A stretch of DNA of 64,000 nt from an uncultured virus (IMG/VR IMGVR_UViG_2857251867_000002) (IMGVR_UViG_2857251867_000002); one strand, 5' to 3'; counted from the stretch's first letter, positions 18,895-30,194 are shown. Notes: generated by a model not told the origin, from the letters alone. Program-made: numbers and translations.

Positions 18895-18896
18895 AG

Positions 18897-20636
18897 ATGG
18901 CAAAGGTTATTGATGGCATTCGTTATGCTGAGAAAGTAGTGACAGGGAAAATTGTTGCAGGTGAATTGGTTAGGCTTGCTTGTCAGCGGTTTCTCGATGA
19001 TTTAAAGGAAGGTGAGAAACGAGGAATAACGTTTAGTGAACCTCGTGCTCAGCATATTTTGAATTTCTATAAGTTCGTTCCTCACGTCAAAGGTGCATTG
19101 GCGGGCAAACCCATAGACCTGATGGATTGGCATATTTTTATTCTCATCAATATCTTTGGGTTTGTTCGTCCATTAATTGATGAAAGTACGGGTGAAGTAG
19201 TCCTTCGTAACGATGGTAGCGGACGTCCTGTTATGGTTCGTCGATATCGAACAGCTTATAACGAGGTGGCGAGGAAAAATGCAAAATCCACATTGTCATC
19301 AGGTATTGGGCTTTATATGACCGGTGCTGATGGTGAAGGTGGTGCCGAAGTTTACTCAGCAGCTACAACGCGTGATCAGGCTCGTATTGTGTTTGAAGAT
19401 GCGAAGAACATGTTGAAAAAGTCCAAAGCGACATTGGGTCGTTTATTTGAATTTAATAAACTCGCTATCTATCAAGAAGAAACTGCCTCTAAGTTTGAAC
19501 CGCTTTCCAGTGATGCTAATAATCTTGATGGTTTAAACATTCACTGCGGTATTGTTGATGAATTGCATGCGCACAAAACTCGTGATGTGTGGGACGTATT
19601 AGAAACCGCTACCGGTGCGCGTCTGCAGTCTCTTCTTTTTGGGATCACTACGGCGGGTTTTAATAAAGAGGGGATTTGTTACGAGTTACGGGATTACGCG
19701 ATTAAGGTTCTCCGTGGTCAAGTGGATGATGATTCTTTCTTTGGCATTATCTATACGCTAGATAAAGACGATGATCCCTTTGATGAAACAGTGTGGCAAA
19801 AGGCAAATCCGGGTCTCGGTATTTGTAAGCGCTGGGATGATTTACGCCGCTTAGCCAAGAAAGCCAAAGAGCAGGTTTCCGCACGAATTAACTTCTTCAC
19901 AAAACACATGAATATTTGGGTCACAGCCGAATCGTCATGGATGGACATGATGAAGTGGGATGATGCACCAGAACTCGCACCTCAACATGAATTAAAAACC
20001 TATCCATTATGGGTGGGCGTTGACCTCGCTAATAAGATTGATATTTGTGCCGCGGTAAAAGTGTGGCAACAGCCTACTAATGGGCATGTTCATGCTGATT
20101 TTAAATTCTGGTTACCTGAGGAGAGGTTAGAACGCTGTTCTCGCCAAATGGCTGAACTTTACCGAAAATGGGCAGATATGGGGTATCTCGAATTAACTGA
20201 TGGCGAAGTCGTCGATCATGCTCAAATTAAAGAAGAAATCATCGCATGGGTGGATGGTGAAAACTTAAAAGAGCTGGGTTTTGATCCGTGGAGTGCCACT
20301 CAGTTTAGTTTAGCACTGGCAGAAGAAGGGTTACCCCTTGTAGAAGTCGCTCAAACGGTGCGTAATTTTTCTGAATCCATGAAAGAGATTGAAGCACTGG
20401 TTTATGCGGGTAAGTTTCATCATGGCCAACACCCTGTTATGAACTGGATGATGTCGAACGTCACGGTTAAACCGGATAAAAACGACAATATTTTCCCTAA
20501 TAAATCTACACCCGAGGCAAAAATTGACGGCCCTGTTGCACTATTTACAGGCATGAGTCGATTATTGGTGAATGGGGGGAGTGATAAACCCGATATCTCA
20601 GGATTTATAAATAACCCAATCATAGTAGGTATCTAA
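18897..20636 (+). CDS. terL: Terminase large subunit
   Basis: ARKNAKST Walker A, IVDELH Walker B, KIDG nuclease motif. Confidence 0.95.
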   Translation: MAKVIDGIRYAEKVVTGKIVAGELVRLACQRFLDDLKEGEKRGITFSEPRAQHILNFYKFVPHVKGALAGKPIDLMDWHIFILINIFGFVRPLIDESTGEVVLRNDGSGRPVMVRRYRTAYNEVARKNAKSTLSSGIGLYMTGADGEGGAEVYSAATTRDQARIVFEDAKNMLKKSKATLGRLFEFNKLAIYQEETASKFEPLSSDANNLDGLNIHCGIVDELHAHKTRDVWDVLETATGARLQSLLFGITTAGFNKEGICYELRDYAIKVLRGQVDDDSFFGIIYTLDKDDDPFDETVWQKANPGLGICKRWDDLRRLAKKAKEQVSARINFFTKHMNIWVTAESSWMDMMKWDDAPELAPQHELKTYPLWVGVDLANKIDICAAVKVWQQPTNGHVHADFKFWLPEERLERCSRQMAELYRKWADMGYLELTDGEVVDHAQIKEEIIAWVDGENLKELGFDPWSATQFSLALAEEGLPLVEVAQTVRNFSESMKEIEALVYAGKFHHGQHPVMNWMMSNVTVKPDKNDNIFPNKSTPEAKIDGPVALFTGMSRLLVNGGSDKPDISGFINNPIIVGI

Positions 20637-21967
20637 TGCAACACAATAAAAAACCAGGGCGCATTAAAAGTGCGCTTCTTAATTGGTTGGGCGTACCTAT
20701 TTCGCTGACCAGTGGAGAGTTTTGGCAAGAATGGAGTGGCACAAGCAGTAGTGGAAAAGTTGTAACAGCAGATAAAGCAATGCAACTTTCTGCGGTTTGG
20801 GCATGTGTAAGATTGCTTAGTGAATCAATATCGACATTACCGATCAAGATTTATAAAAGTGAAAGTGATGGCTCAAGAAGCTTAGCGAAAGAGCACCCTA
20901 TTTATAGATTACTCTGTAAGCAACCTAACCTTGAAATGACGCCTTCCCGTTTTATGTTAATGGTTGTTGCTAGCCTTTGTTTGCGTGGCAATAGTTTTAT
21001 TGAGAAAAAGTATATTGGTTCAAAATTGGTTGCTTTAGAGCCTTTATTGCCACAAAACATGACGGTTAAGCGCAGTGAGCAAACGGGTATGCTCGAATAT
21101 AAATACACTGATCCGTTAGGGCAAAAAATACGAACTATCCCTATTAATAACATTATGCACATTCGAGGGTTTGGCATGGATGGCATTTGCGGAATGATCC
21201 CCGTAAAGATAGGGCGTGATGTTATTGGTGCTGCATTATCTGTTGAAGAGTCAGCTGCTAAGATATTTGAAAATGGATTGCAAAGTTCGGGTTTTTTATC
21301 TGCTGAACAACCGCTTAATGAAGAACAAAGAGAGCGCATTAGAAGTTATTTATTAAGCTTTGTGGGTTCAAAAAATGCGGGAAAAATGATGGTGCTTGAA
21401 GGGGGGATGAAATACAACAATGTCACCATGAATCCTGAAGCAGCTCAAATGTTAGAAAGTAGAACTTTCAGTATTGAAGAAATTTGTCGATGGTTTCGTG
21501 TTCCACCCTTTATGGTGGGGCATATGGACAAACAAAGTAGTTGGGCATCAAGCGTCGAAGGTATGAATATGCAGTTTCTTACTAATACGCTAAGACCTCT
21601 TTTAGTCAATATAGAGCAAGAAATTAGCCGATGCTTATTGAATGGCGACGATGATTATTATGCTGAATTCTCTGTTGAAGGTTTATTACGGGCTGACAGT
21701 GCAGGGCGCTCTGCTTACTACACAACGGCATTACAAAATGGCTGGATGAGTCGAAATGATGTGAGACGACTAGAGAATTTACCGCCGATTGAGGGTGGTG
21801 ATATTTACACTGTTCAGCTTAATTTAACGCCACTTGATCAGCTTGGGCAAGAAGCTTCTAGCAATGAAGCTGAAAAACTTAAAGCGCAGATCACCAACTG
21901 GTTATTTCCTGAAGGCAATCCCGTAGCCCGGCATTCTCAAGCCAATCAACCTCACTCTGAGGAGTAA
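20636..21967 (+). CDS. Portal protein (HK97 family)
   Basis: SAVWACVRLLS...EEICRWFRVPP; follows terL. Confidence 0.95.
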   Translation: MQHNKKPGRIKSALLNWLGVPISLTSGEFWQEWSGTSSSGKVVTADKAMQLSAVWACVRLLSESISTLPIKIYKSESDGSRSLAKEHPIYRLLCKQPNLEMTPSRFMLMVVASLCLRGNSFIEKKYIGSKLVALEPLLPQNMTVKRSEQTGMLEYKYTDPLGQKIRTIPINNIMHIRGFGMDGICGMIPVKIGRDVIGAALSVEESAAKIFENGLQSSGFLSAEQPLNEEQRERIRSYLLSFVGSKNAGKMMVLEGGMKYNNVTMNPEAAQMLESRTFSIEEICRWFRVPPFMVGHMDKQSSWASSVEGMNMQFLTNTLRPLLVNIEQEISRCLLNGDDDYYAEFSVEGLLRADSAGRSAYYTTALQNGWMSRNDVRRLENLPPIEGGDIYTVQLNLTPLDQLGQEASSNEAEKLKAQITNWLFPEGNPVARHSQANQPHSEE

Positions 21968-21971
21968 ATTT

Positions 21972-22823
21972 ATGAAAAAAAGTCATTTGCCAGTTGCGCT
22001 GGAGGATCGCCCCTGCGCATCGATTAGCTATGAGCTGAAATCTAAAGCACTGGATAAATGGAATAGCAGTATTCGTGCATCAAGTACAGATAACACCATC
22101 TCAATATTAGATGTGATTGGTGAAGATTATTGGGGAGAGGGGGTTACCGCAAAACGTATTTCTGCCGCACTTCACGCCATTGGAAATAATGATGTGGTTG
22201 TCAATATCAATAGTCCAGGTGGCGATATGTTTGAAGGATTAGCCATTTATAACCTACTTCGCTCTCACAGTGGAAAAGTGACCGTCAATATTTTAGGTAT
22301 TGCCGCTTCAGCTGCGTCCATTATTGCAATGGCTGGTGATGAAGTTCAAATGGGTCGCGGTGCCTTTTTGATGATCCATAACTGTTGGGCTGTCGGTGTG
22401 GGTAATCGGCATGACTTTGCAAAATTAGCTAATGATCTCGCCCCTTTTGATACGTCGATGGCAGATATCTATGTGGCACGTAGTGGGCAATCTAATGAAG
22501 TCGTGAGTCAGATGATGGACGACGAGACCTATATTGGTGCGAGCGAAGCGATTGAAAAAGGGTTTGCTGATAATTTGCTTACTGCAGATATCGTTGATGA
22601 TGGTGATGAAAGCCCACAAGCCGCCATTCGTAAATTAGATGCGTTACTTGCTAAGGCGAACACCTCTCGCTCTGAGCGTAGAAAACTTATTAGTGCTTTA
22701 ACACGAAGTATGCCGAGCGCTACTTCCAACCCTCATGGTACGCCAAGCGCTACCTCTGAAATTAATCCTGAAACTCTTTCTGAATTGGAAAAGGCGGTAA
22801 ATGCCTTTGCCACAGCTAACTAA
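21972..22823 (+). CDS. ClpP-like head maturation protease
   Basis: INSPGG, AASAAS and MIHN motifs. Confidence 0.92.
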   Translation: MKKSHLPVALEDRPCASISYELKSKALDKWNSSIRASSTDNTISILDVIGEDYWGEGVTAKRISAALHAIGNNDVVVNINSPGGDMFEGLAIYNLLRSHSGKVTVNILGIAASAASIIAMAGDEVQMGRGAFLMIHNCWAVGVGNRHDFAKLANDLAPFDTSMADIYVARSGQSNEVVSQMMDDETYIGASEAIEKGFADNLLTADIVDDGDESPQAAIRKLDALLAKANTSRSERRKLISALTRSMPSATSNPHGTPSATSEINPETLSELEKAVNAFATAN

Positions 22824-22834
22824 TTGGAGACATT

Positions 22835-24049
22835 ATGTCTGATACAAATGAATTATTAAAAAATCTATCGGCAAAAATTGAAGAAGCCAATGGCAAATTT
22901 AATGCTAAAGCCGAAGAAGCCTTAAAAGAAGCGCAAAAGGTTGGTAGTTTAAGCACTGAAACTAAAGCTGCAGTAGATAAGATGGCAACCGAACTGAATG
23001 CATTGCGTGAATCTGAAAAAACACTCAAAGCTTCATTAGGTGAATTAGAGCAACATGTAGCACAAATGCCACTGAATAATGCGGTTCAGGCAGCCAAAAC
23101 AATTGGTCAACAAGTCATTTCTGCAGATGTACTGAAAGAAATTAACTCTAGTATTCAATCAAGTAAGCGCATTTCTATTCCAGTGCAAGCCGCATTAACT
23201 TCAACCGGTGTGGCTGAAGGTGTTGTTGAACCTCAGCGCTTACCTGGTATTGATGTTGCGCCAAAACAGCGTTTATTTATCCGTGATCTGATTGCACCAG
23301 GCAAAACTACTTCACCAGCTATTTTCTGGGTTCAGCAGACGGGCTTTACGAATAAAGCTTCTGTGGTACCAGAAAATACCACTAAGCCTTACAGTGACAT
23401 TGAGTTTGCAACCAAAATCACACCTGTAACCACTATTGCTCATATGTTCAAGGCCTCTAAACAAATCCTAGATGATTTTGCACAACTGCAGTCTTTAGTC
23501 GATGCTGAAATGCGTTATGGCTTGAAGTTTGTTGAAGAGCAAGAAATCTTGTTTGGTGACGGTTCTGGCGCTCATTTACATGGCATCATTCCTCAAGCCT
23601 CTAAATACAAACCTGAATTTAGTGTCGAAAAGCAAAGCGGCATTGATGATTTACGCCTGGCAATGCTACAAGCTCAATTAGCTCGACTACCTGCCACAGG
23701 GCATGTTTTGCATTTTATTGATTGGGCGAAAATTGAATTAACCAAAGACTCATTAGGGCGTTACATTCTGGCCAACCCATCTGCATTAATTGGTCCAACT
23801 TTATGGGGTCTGCCTGTTGTTGCTACTGAATCAACAGCGTTTAAAGGTAAATTCTTAACAGGGGCATTTAACGCGGGTGCGCAGTTATTCGATCGTGAAG
23901 AAACCAATGTAGTGATTTCTACTGAAAACACCGACGATTTTGAGAAAAACATGATCTCAATTCGTTGCGAGGAGCGTTTAGCGTTAGCAGTAAAACGTCC
24001 TGAAGCCTTTGTTTACGGTGACTTCACCGTACCTACATCAGGGGAATAA
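22835..24049 (+). CDS. Major capsid protein (HK97 fold)
   Basis: Coiled-coil delta domain; LWGLPVV...CEERLAL. Confidence 0.95.
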   Translation: MSDTNELLKNLSAKIEEANGKFNAKAEEALKEAQKVGSLSTETKAAVDKMATELNALRESEKTLKASLGELEQHVAQMPLNNAVQAAKTIGQQVISADVLKEINSSIQSSKRISIPVQAALTSTGVAEGVVEPQRLPGIDVAPKQRLFIRDLIAPGKTTSPAIFWVQQTGFTNKASVVPENTTKPYSDIEFATKITPVTTIAHMFKASKQILDDFAQLQSLVDAEMRYGLKFVEEQEILFGDGSGAHLHGIIPQASKYKPEFSVEKQSGIDDLRLAMLQAQLARLPATGHVLHFIDWAKIELTKDSLGRYILANPSALIGPTLWGLPVVATESTAFKGKFLTGAFNAGAQLFDREETNVVISTENTDDFEKNMISIRCEERLALAVKRPEAFVYGDFTVPTSGE

Positions 24050-24102
24050 CCAATAGGGAGAATGGGGCGGTCTTTATGACCGCCTTTTCTTTGGGGGGCA
24101 AT

Positions 24103-24285
24103 ATGAAGTTAATCGTATTACGTGCCATTTACTTTGGCAGTGTCGTTGTTACTGAGGGAAAAGAGATTGAAACCTTAGAACAACATGGGCGTGAGTTAAT
24201 TCAAAAAGGCTATGCAAAAGAAAAGGAAGTTGTACATCCTGAGCCTGAGCCTAAAAAAAACACCAAGGCTAAAAAGGAGAAATAA
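24103..24285 (+). CDS. Small head-region protein
   Basis: ORF between capsid and adaptor. Confidence 0.6.
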   Translation: MKLIVLRAIYFGSVVVTEGKEIETLEQHGRELIQKGYAKEKEVVHPEPEPKKNTKAKKEK

Positions 24286-24611
24286 TGCTTTCTCTGGAAT
24301 TAGTAAAACAACATTGCAATATTGATCCTGATTTTACGGATGATGATAAATTGCTCGCTCTTTATACCAACTCTGCAGTGAAGTTTGTCGAGAACCACAC
24401 TCGCAGGACGCTTTATGAAAAGGAAGTATCGGAAGGATATCAAGAAGATGCCGATCATCTATTACTGACAGATGATGTTTCAGCAGCCATGTTACTACTG
24501 ATTGGGCAGTGGTATGACAATCGAGAAGGTGTGATTACGGGAAGCTCGTTTTCAACTCAACCATTTGCAGTGGAAGCGTTATTGCAGCCTTATCGAATTT
24601 ACGGTGTGTAG
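24285..24611 (+). CDS. Head-tail connector (gp6-like)
   Basis: VKQHC.ID...AMLLLIGQWYDNRE. Confidence 0.9.
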   Translation: MLSLELVKQHCNIDPDFTDDDKLLALYTNSAVKFVENHTRRTLYEKEVSEGYQEDADHLLLTDDVSAAMLLLIGQWYDNREGVITGSSFSTQPFAVEALLQPYRIYGV

Positions 24612-24619
24612 GAGGTTGT

Positions 24620-24943
24620 ATGCAAGCTGGTCGCCTAAGGCACAAGGTTAAATTTCAGCGTAACGCACCCATTAAATTACCTTCAGGGCAACTTAAAAAA
24701 GAGTGGGTTGATATCGCTTCAGTGCGATGCGAAGTAAAACATCTTTCTGGTCGTGAGTTGATATCCGCTAATGCTGAAATGTCAGAGGTTACTGTGAGAG
24801 TGTGGATGCGTTATCGACCCGACATTAACAGTACCTGCAGAATGGTTTGGCGTGAGCAAATTTATGATATTCAGTCAGTCATCCCTGATGAGAAATTGAC
24901 TCGATTAGAATTGTTATGCAAACAAGGAGTAAAACAATCATGA
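24620..24943 (+). CDS. Head closure protein
   Basis: MQAGRLRH N-terminus; synteny. Confidence 0.88.
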   Translation: MQAGRLRHKVKFQRNAPIKLPSGQLKKEWVDIASVRCEVKHLSGRELISANAEMSEVTVRVWMRYRPDINSTCRMVWREQIYDIQSVIPDEKLTRLELLCKQGVKQS

Positions 24944-25380
24944 ATTTGGATTTCTCCGATCTACTCGACTTATCAAGAGAGTTAGATGTTTTAAGCCGAG
25001 CTGAAAGTCATCAAGCGATGCGAAAGGCAACCAATGCGGCCGCAACGTTATTACGTGATGAAATCAGAACGTCCGCACCACGAAAGACGGGAAAATTAGC
25101 ACGAAATATAGTGACCCGTAATCACAGAATGCGCAATAAAGATGAGGTTTCTTCGGGCGTTTATGTTCGAGGAAGTAACGCTTCAGGCACAAACAGCGAT
25201 ACATCCATGAAGAGTGATCATCCTAACAATGCCTTTTATTGGCGCTTTCTTGAAGAGGGCACTTCTAAAATGGCGCCAAGGCCTTTTATACGTCCCACTT
25301 TTGATCGTGAATCGGATAAGGCAGCCAATTTAGCCATTAGCGAATTAAATAGAGCGATTGATGAGGCGCTAGGAAAATGA
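24940..25380 (+). CDS. HK97 gp10-like tail component
   Basis: FYWRFLEEGTSKMAPRPFIRP. Confidence 0.88.
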   Translation: MNLDFSDLLDLSRELDVLSRAESHQAMRKATNAAATLLRDEIRTSAPRKTGKLARNIVTRNHRMRNKDEVSSGVYVRGSNASGTNSDTSMKSDHPNNAFYWRFLEEGTSKMAPRPFIRPTFDRESDKAANLAISELNRAIDEALGK

Positions 25381-25712
25381 CAGAAGCGGATATCTACGTA
25401 ATTTTATCACCCGTATTACCTGATAAAGTTTTTCCGTATGTTGCTCCACAATCAAGCCCTGCAATAACAGCGCCTTGGTGTGTCTTCTCTTTGTACGATG
25501 TCAAAGGCGATGTACTGAAGGGGCAAGCCGAAACGATGACAAATATTCAGGTTGATGTTTATGCCGATACGATTGATGAAGCGAGAACGCTTCGCTTGTT
25601 ATTTGCTAAAGCATTAACAAAATTAAGCCCTGTTGGAATTTCAGAAAAACAAGGCTACGAGCCTGATACAGGATTGTTTAGAGCAACATTTGAATGCCAA
25701 GTTTGGCAATAA
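25377..25712 (+). CDS. Tail terminator-like protein (DUF3168-like)
   Basis: IQVDVYA motif; synteny. Confidence 0.8.
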   Translation: MTEADIYVILSPVLPDKVFPYVAPQSSPAITAPWCVFSLYDVKGDVLKGQAETMTNIQVDVYADTIDEARTLRLLFAKALTKLSPVGISEKQGYEPDTGLFRATFECQVWQ

Positions 25713-25734
25713 TATCGCCTTTTTATTCACACTA

Positions 25735-25758
25735 AAGCCACCTTCGGGTGGTTTTTTT
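25735..25758 (+). terminator. Intrinsic terminator
   Basis: GCCACC-TTCG-GGTGGT followed by T-run. Confidence 0.8.
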
Positions 25759-25771
25759 ATGCCAATAGGAA

Positions 25772-26245
25772 ATGATCATGTCTAGTAAATATGAAAAAAC
25801 ACAAGGCACTAAAATCAGTGTCTCAAAATTACCCGCAACTGAAGTTAACCCTGCTGATGCGGTATTTTTAGGGATTTCTTGTTCAACAAAAGAGATCAGT
25901 TATACCGGTGGGCAGAAATCAGATATTGATGTCACCACGCTCTGTTCTGAGGAGCAAGAAGTTACCAATGGATTATCCGCACCTGCAGAGCTCACCATTA
26001 ATGGTAATTTCACCGATGATGAAGGCCAAGAAACATTACGTACCGCGTATGAAAATGATGAAGTTCATGCCTTTAAAGTGGAGTTCCCTTCGGGGATTGG
26101 CTATGCCTTTTTAGCCGAAGTGCGTCAAAACAGTTGGAGTGTTTCTACTTCGGGTGTGGTTTCTGCTTCATTTACCCTACGTTTAAAAGGTAAATCTAAG
26201 CCGATTAAAAACGGGACTGTTAATTTAAATAAAGGTAGCGAATAA
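25772..26245 (+). CDS. Major tail tube protein
   Basis: SDIDVTTLCS motif; synteny. Confidence 0.85.
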   Translation: MIMSSKYEKTQGTKISVSKLPATEVNPADAVFLGISCSTKEISYTGGQKSDIDVTTLCSEEQEVTNGLSAPAELTINGNFTDDEGQETLRTAYENDEVHAFKVEFPSGIGYAFLAEVRQNSWSVSTSGVVSASFTLRLKGKSKPIKNGTVNLNKGSE

Positions 26246-26247
26246 CC

Positions 26248-26628
26248 ATGAAAAAACCGTCATTAAAATCACTGGCTTTAAGTGAAAAGAATGCCTTTCG
26301 CACAAAGAAAGTGAATGTTGCTGAATGGGAAAACGCGGTTGTTATGCTTCGTGAACCGTCATCACCTGCATGGATGAAGTGGCGTGAAATTATTCATCAT
26401 GATAATGCTGAAGATGAACATTCGTTATCTGACATTGAAATTGCACAACGTAATTTACGTGCCGATGTTGTGATGTTTATTGATGTGTTGCGTGATGAAA
26501 ACGGGGATGTCGTTTTTGATGAATCAGACATCAACGATGTGATGGCTATTTATGGCCCAGTACATTCTCGTTTATTAAAACAAGCGCTCGATTTAACTAT
26601 TTCGGTTGATGATGCAGAAAAAAAGTAG
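26248..26628 (+). CDS. Tail assembly chaperone (gpG-like)
   Basis: Ends in slippery AAAAAAAG-TAG. Confidence 0.85.
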   Translation: MKKPSLKSLALSEKNAFRTKKVNVAEWENAVVMLREPSSPAWMKWREIIHHDNAEDEHSLSDIEIAQRNLRADVVMFIDVLRDENGDVVFDESDINDVMAIYGPVHSRLLKQALDLTISVDDAEKK

Positions 26629-26933
26629 CACAGCCTGATACTTTCTTTTTAATGACATTGGCGCTCCGTATGGGGCGCACTCTTGATGAACTCACTCGCC
26701 AAATGAGCTTGAGTGAACTTCGGATGTGGATGGCTTTTGATCGCATTAATCCCATCGGTGATATTCGTAGTGATATTCAAACCGCACATCTCGTTTCTTC
26801 TATTTATCACTCTCAAGGCGGTAAATGCACGCTTTCTGATGTGCTTTTACGGTGGGATCCCAAAGCAACCCAAGAAAGTGATGATAGTTCTAATGGGTTA
26901 GAGAATTTCTTTCAGTCTATTTCAGAAAATTAA
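26617..26933 (+). CDS. Tail chaperone gpT part, reached by programmed -1 frameshift
   Basis: A-AAA-AAG heptamer; -1 frame open into LALRMGRTLDEL; precedes tape measure. Confidence 0.75.
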
Positions 26934-26952
26934 TTATTTTTGCGAGGATAAA

Positions 26953-29900
26953 ATGGCAAAACTACGTGAACTAATTATTAAAATTTCTGCTAATTCTTCC
27001 TCGTTTCAATCTGAAATAGCGCGGGCTTCGCGTATGGGAGAAAACTATTATCGGATCATTGAGCAAGGCGGGCGACGCGCCAGTGGTGCATCTCGTGAAA
27101 TGCAACGCGCTATCCATGATCTAAATGGTGAATTATCGTCCATTAAAAATACCGTATCAGGCGTTGCGGGTGCATTTGCAGGGGCTTTTGCAACACAGCA
27201 ACTTATCAATTATGCAGACATATGGAGTCAACTCAGTGGTCGATTAAAATTAGCGTCTACGTCGATGGAAGATTTTAAACAAGCACAGCAAGAGTTAATG
27301 ACGCTGAGCCAAAGAACAGGCACATCCATTGCAGCGAATACGAATCTATACAGCCGTGTTGCACAATCCATGCGTGATGCGGGTTATGCCTCAAGTGATG
27401 TTGCGAAAGTCACCGAAACCATTGCAACGTCATTAAAACTCTCTGGCACCAGCGCTCAAGAAGCGAGTTCTGTTATTACACAATTGAGCCAAGCTTTGGC
27501 ATCAGGCTTGCTTCGTGGCGAAGAATTTAATGCTGTGATGGAAAATGGTGGGCGATTAGCAAAAATGCTCGCTGATGGGCTTGGAACGACAATTGGTGGT
27601 CTGCGTGAGATGTCGCAAAATGGACTGCTCACGATGGATAAAATTGTTCCCATCCTGACGAATACGCAACAGTTACGTGCTGAATTTGCGCAGTTGCCTA
27701 CAACGGTTAGTGGTTCGGCTCAGAAGATTGAAAATGCGTTCATGGCATGGATCGGCAATGTTAATGAAACATCGGGTGCTACTCGCACACTATCAACCGC
27801 AATGGAAGGGATCGCTAACAATATTGATGGGATAGCCTCTGTTTCTGGTGTGTTAATTGGTCTAGGTCTGGCGCGTTATTTTGGCGGGCTGACAACGAGT
27901 GTGGCGAATGCAACCATTGGGGTTGCGCGTGCAACTAAAAGTGAAATAGCACATGCTCAAGCTCAATTGCAAGGTATCAAAATATCAACGGCTAGAGCAA
28001 GAGCAGCAGTCTATCGGGCTCAACAAGCAAGGTTAGCAGCACAAAGTGTTGAGCAACAAGCATTGGCTGAACGCCGATTAGCGTCCGCACAAGGAACATT
28101 AAACCGGAATATTTCAGCTAGACGCACAGCACAAGAAAACCTTAATAGAGTAACTTCGATTGGAACACGTCTTCTTGGTGGTGCCATGGGGCTAATAGGT
28201 GGAGTTCCTGGTCTCGTGATGGCGGGAGCGACTGCTTGGTATATTATGCATCAGCGCCAGCAAGAGGCGAGAAGATCTGCCCTTGAGTATGCTAATACGC
28301 TAGATACTCTCAAAGAACGCATGCCTAACATGACTTTATCGCAGTCGCATGATGAGTCAAAAAATATAAAGAAAACGCTTGAAGTTCAAATTGAAGAATA
28401 CGAAAAGCAAATTGCTAAAATCAAAAACATGGAGCGTGGCATAGTAAGTGCTCAACGTGAAGCGGATAACTTGCCGGAAGGTGTAGCAAGAGAAAGATTG
28501 CAATGGCGTATAAAAGAAACCGTATCTGCATTAGCCGTTGAAACTCAACGGTTGTCTCAAATGGAACAAGAGAAAGAAAGAACAACAAGCGCATTAAATG
28601 CGGTAGACAGTCAACGGAATTTTCTTATACGTCAGCAGGACTTAGAACAAAATAAAACCCATCAATCACTACTATTAATGAATGCCGAGCAAACTAAATT
28701 CAATCAAATCATGAACATTGGTAATAGCGTCTTAGCAACTCGACAGGCATTAGTTAATATTCCAATGCGCATTCCCAATGCAACATTAACTGATAAACAG
28801 CAAGCGTTAATAGATAATTCAGAAAGAAATAAGACTCTATCTTCATTGTCAGGTGAGGACAAAATAGTCAAACAAGCAGAGTTTTCTGCTGATGATGCCG
28901 GGTTATTAAATACACCAGAATTTGCTGATGCTAGAAGAAAATATATTGAAAATCAGGTCGAAGCATACAGGAGTCAGCAAAAGCTAAATGAATCTCTTCA
29001 AACAGGAAAGGCAACACAAAGCGCCTATGAAAAGGCGCAAAAAGAAGCTGAAAGAACCGCAGAGCAATATGAGCGGAAGATAGCAGATTTAAGTGTGGCA
29101 ACAGAGGTTCAGAAGGTTAGAGCTTCACAAGGCGAAAAAGCTGCTTCTCTTTATGCAGCATCACATGAAAATGGAGCTAAATGGACTGATAAGCAAAGAG
29201 AAGCGATTGAACGTTCATCTGTCGCTCTCGCAGAATGGACGCAAAAAGCTGATGATGCCGTGAAAAAGCATCGTGATATGGAAGAGGCTCGTAAAAAACT
29301 GCAAGAAGCCACAGTCAAATTTAACGATGAAGCTACGTTAGCGACTCAAACCAATAGCATGAGTTCAAGAGAAAAAAGCTACTTTGAAGAAAGCCAGCAA
29401 ATAGACCGTATCTACAATGAATCTGCGAAGAAAACAGAAGATATTGAAGCCAGATCTAAAGCATTAGATGCATTAGATCTTAAGTATCGAAATATAGCGC
29501 TCGCTGAATCTGACTGGACCGCAGGTATAACGCGAGGAATGAAAGATTGGGTTCAAGAAAGCGGTAACTACGCTGCTCAAACAGCCTCTGTCGTGCAAAA
29601 TGCGATGGGAGGAATGGTTGACACGATCAGCGATAAATTAAATGGTAATAAAGCCAGTTGGAAAGATTGGTCTGTTAGTGTGTTGAAATCTATTCAAAAT
29701 GTACTCATTAATGCGGCAATCGTGAATAGCCTGAATACAATGGCCGGTGCTGGTGGTTGGATGGGCGCTGTTGGTGGATTTTTAGGTGGTGTTGCTCATG
29801 CTAAAGGTGGGGTACATAGTTCAGAAAGCCTTGGTTCTTATAGTAATCAAATCGTTAGCTCACCCACGTATTTTGCCTTTGCTAAGGGGGGCGCGCCTAA

Positions 29901-30192
29901 TCTCGGACTCATGGGCGAGGCAGGGAGTGAGGCTATAATGCCATTAACTCGAACTGCAGATGGCAACTTAGGGGTTAGAGTTGTTGGTGGTAATAATCAA
30001 GGCGCTCCTTCAGCACCACAGGTTTACATTACCATTGACGGTAACGGTAATTCAGAAACGCAATCAACGAATGGATTCGAGCAGTTTGGTGCGGAGATTG
30101 GCCGATTTGTTGATAGTCGTTACCGAGAGTTAATGTCTAAAGATATTAGGCCGGGTGGTTTAATTTGGAATGCAACTCGAGGAGGCCGTTAA
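26953..30192 (+). CDS. Tail tape measure protein
   Basis: 1079 aa, Ala-rich; LRGEEFNAV and GLMGEAGSEAIMPL motifs. Confidence 0.95.
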   Translation: MAKLRELIIKISANSSSFQSEIARASRMGENYYRIIEQGGRRASGASREMQRAIHDLNGELSSIKNTVSGVAGAFAGAFATQQLINYADIWSQLSGRLKLASTSMEDFKQAQQELMTLSQRTGTSIAANTNLYSRVAQSMRDAGYASSDVAKVTETIATSLKLSGTSAQEASSVITQLSQALASGLLRGEEFNAVMENGGRLAKMLADGLGTTIGGLREMSQNGLLTMDKIVPILTNTQQLRAEFAQLPTTVSGSAQKIENAFMAWIGNVNETSGATRTLSTAMEGIANNIDGIASVSGVLIGLGLARYFGGLTTSVANATIGVARATKSEIAHAQAQLQGIKISTARARAAVYRAQQARLAAQSVEQQALAERRLASAQGTLNRNISARRTAQENLNRVTSIGTRLLGGAMGLIGGVPGLVMAGATAWYIMHQRQQEARRSALEYANTLDTLKERMPNMTLSQSHDESKNIKKTLEVQIEEYEKQIAKIKNMERGIVSAQREADNLPEGVARERLQWRIKETVSALAVETQRLSQMEQEKERTTSALNAVDSQRNFLIRQQDLEQNKTHQSLLLMNAEQTKFNQIMNIGNSVLATRQALVNIPMRIPNATLTDKQQALIDNSERNKTLSSLSGEDKIVKQAEFSADDAGLLNTPEFADARRKYIENQVEAYRSQQKLNESLQTGKATQSAYEKAQKEAERTAEQYERKIADLSVATEVQKVRASQGEKAASLYAASHENGAKWTDKQREAIERSSVALAEWTQKADDAVKKHRDMEEARKKLQEATVKFNDEATLATQTNSMSSREKSYFEESQQIDRIYNESAKKTEDIEARSKALDALDLKYRNIALAESDWTAGITRGMKDWVQESGNYAAQTASVVQNAMGGMVDTISDKLNGNKASWKDWSVSVLKSIQNVLINAAIVNSLNTMAGAGGWMGAVGGFLGGVAHAKGGVHSSESLGSYSNQIVSSPTYFAFAKGGAPNLGLMGEAGSEAIMPLTRTADGNLGVRVVGGNNQGAPSAPQVYITIDGNGNSETQSTNGFEQFGAEIGRFVDSRYRELMSKDIRPGGLIWNATRGGR

Positions 30193-30194
30193 AA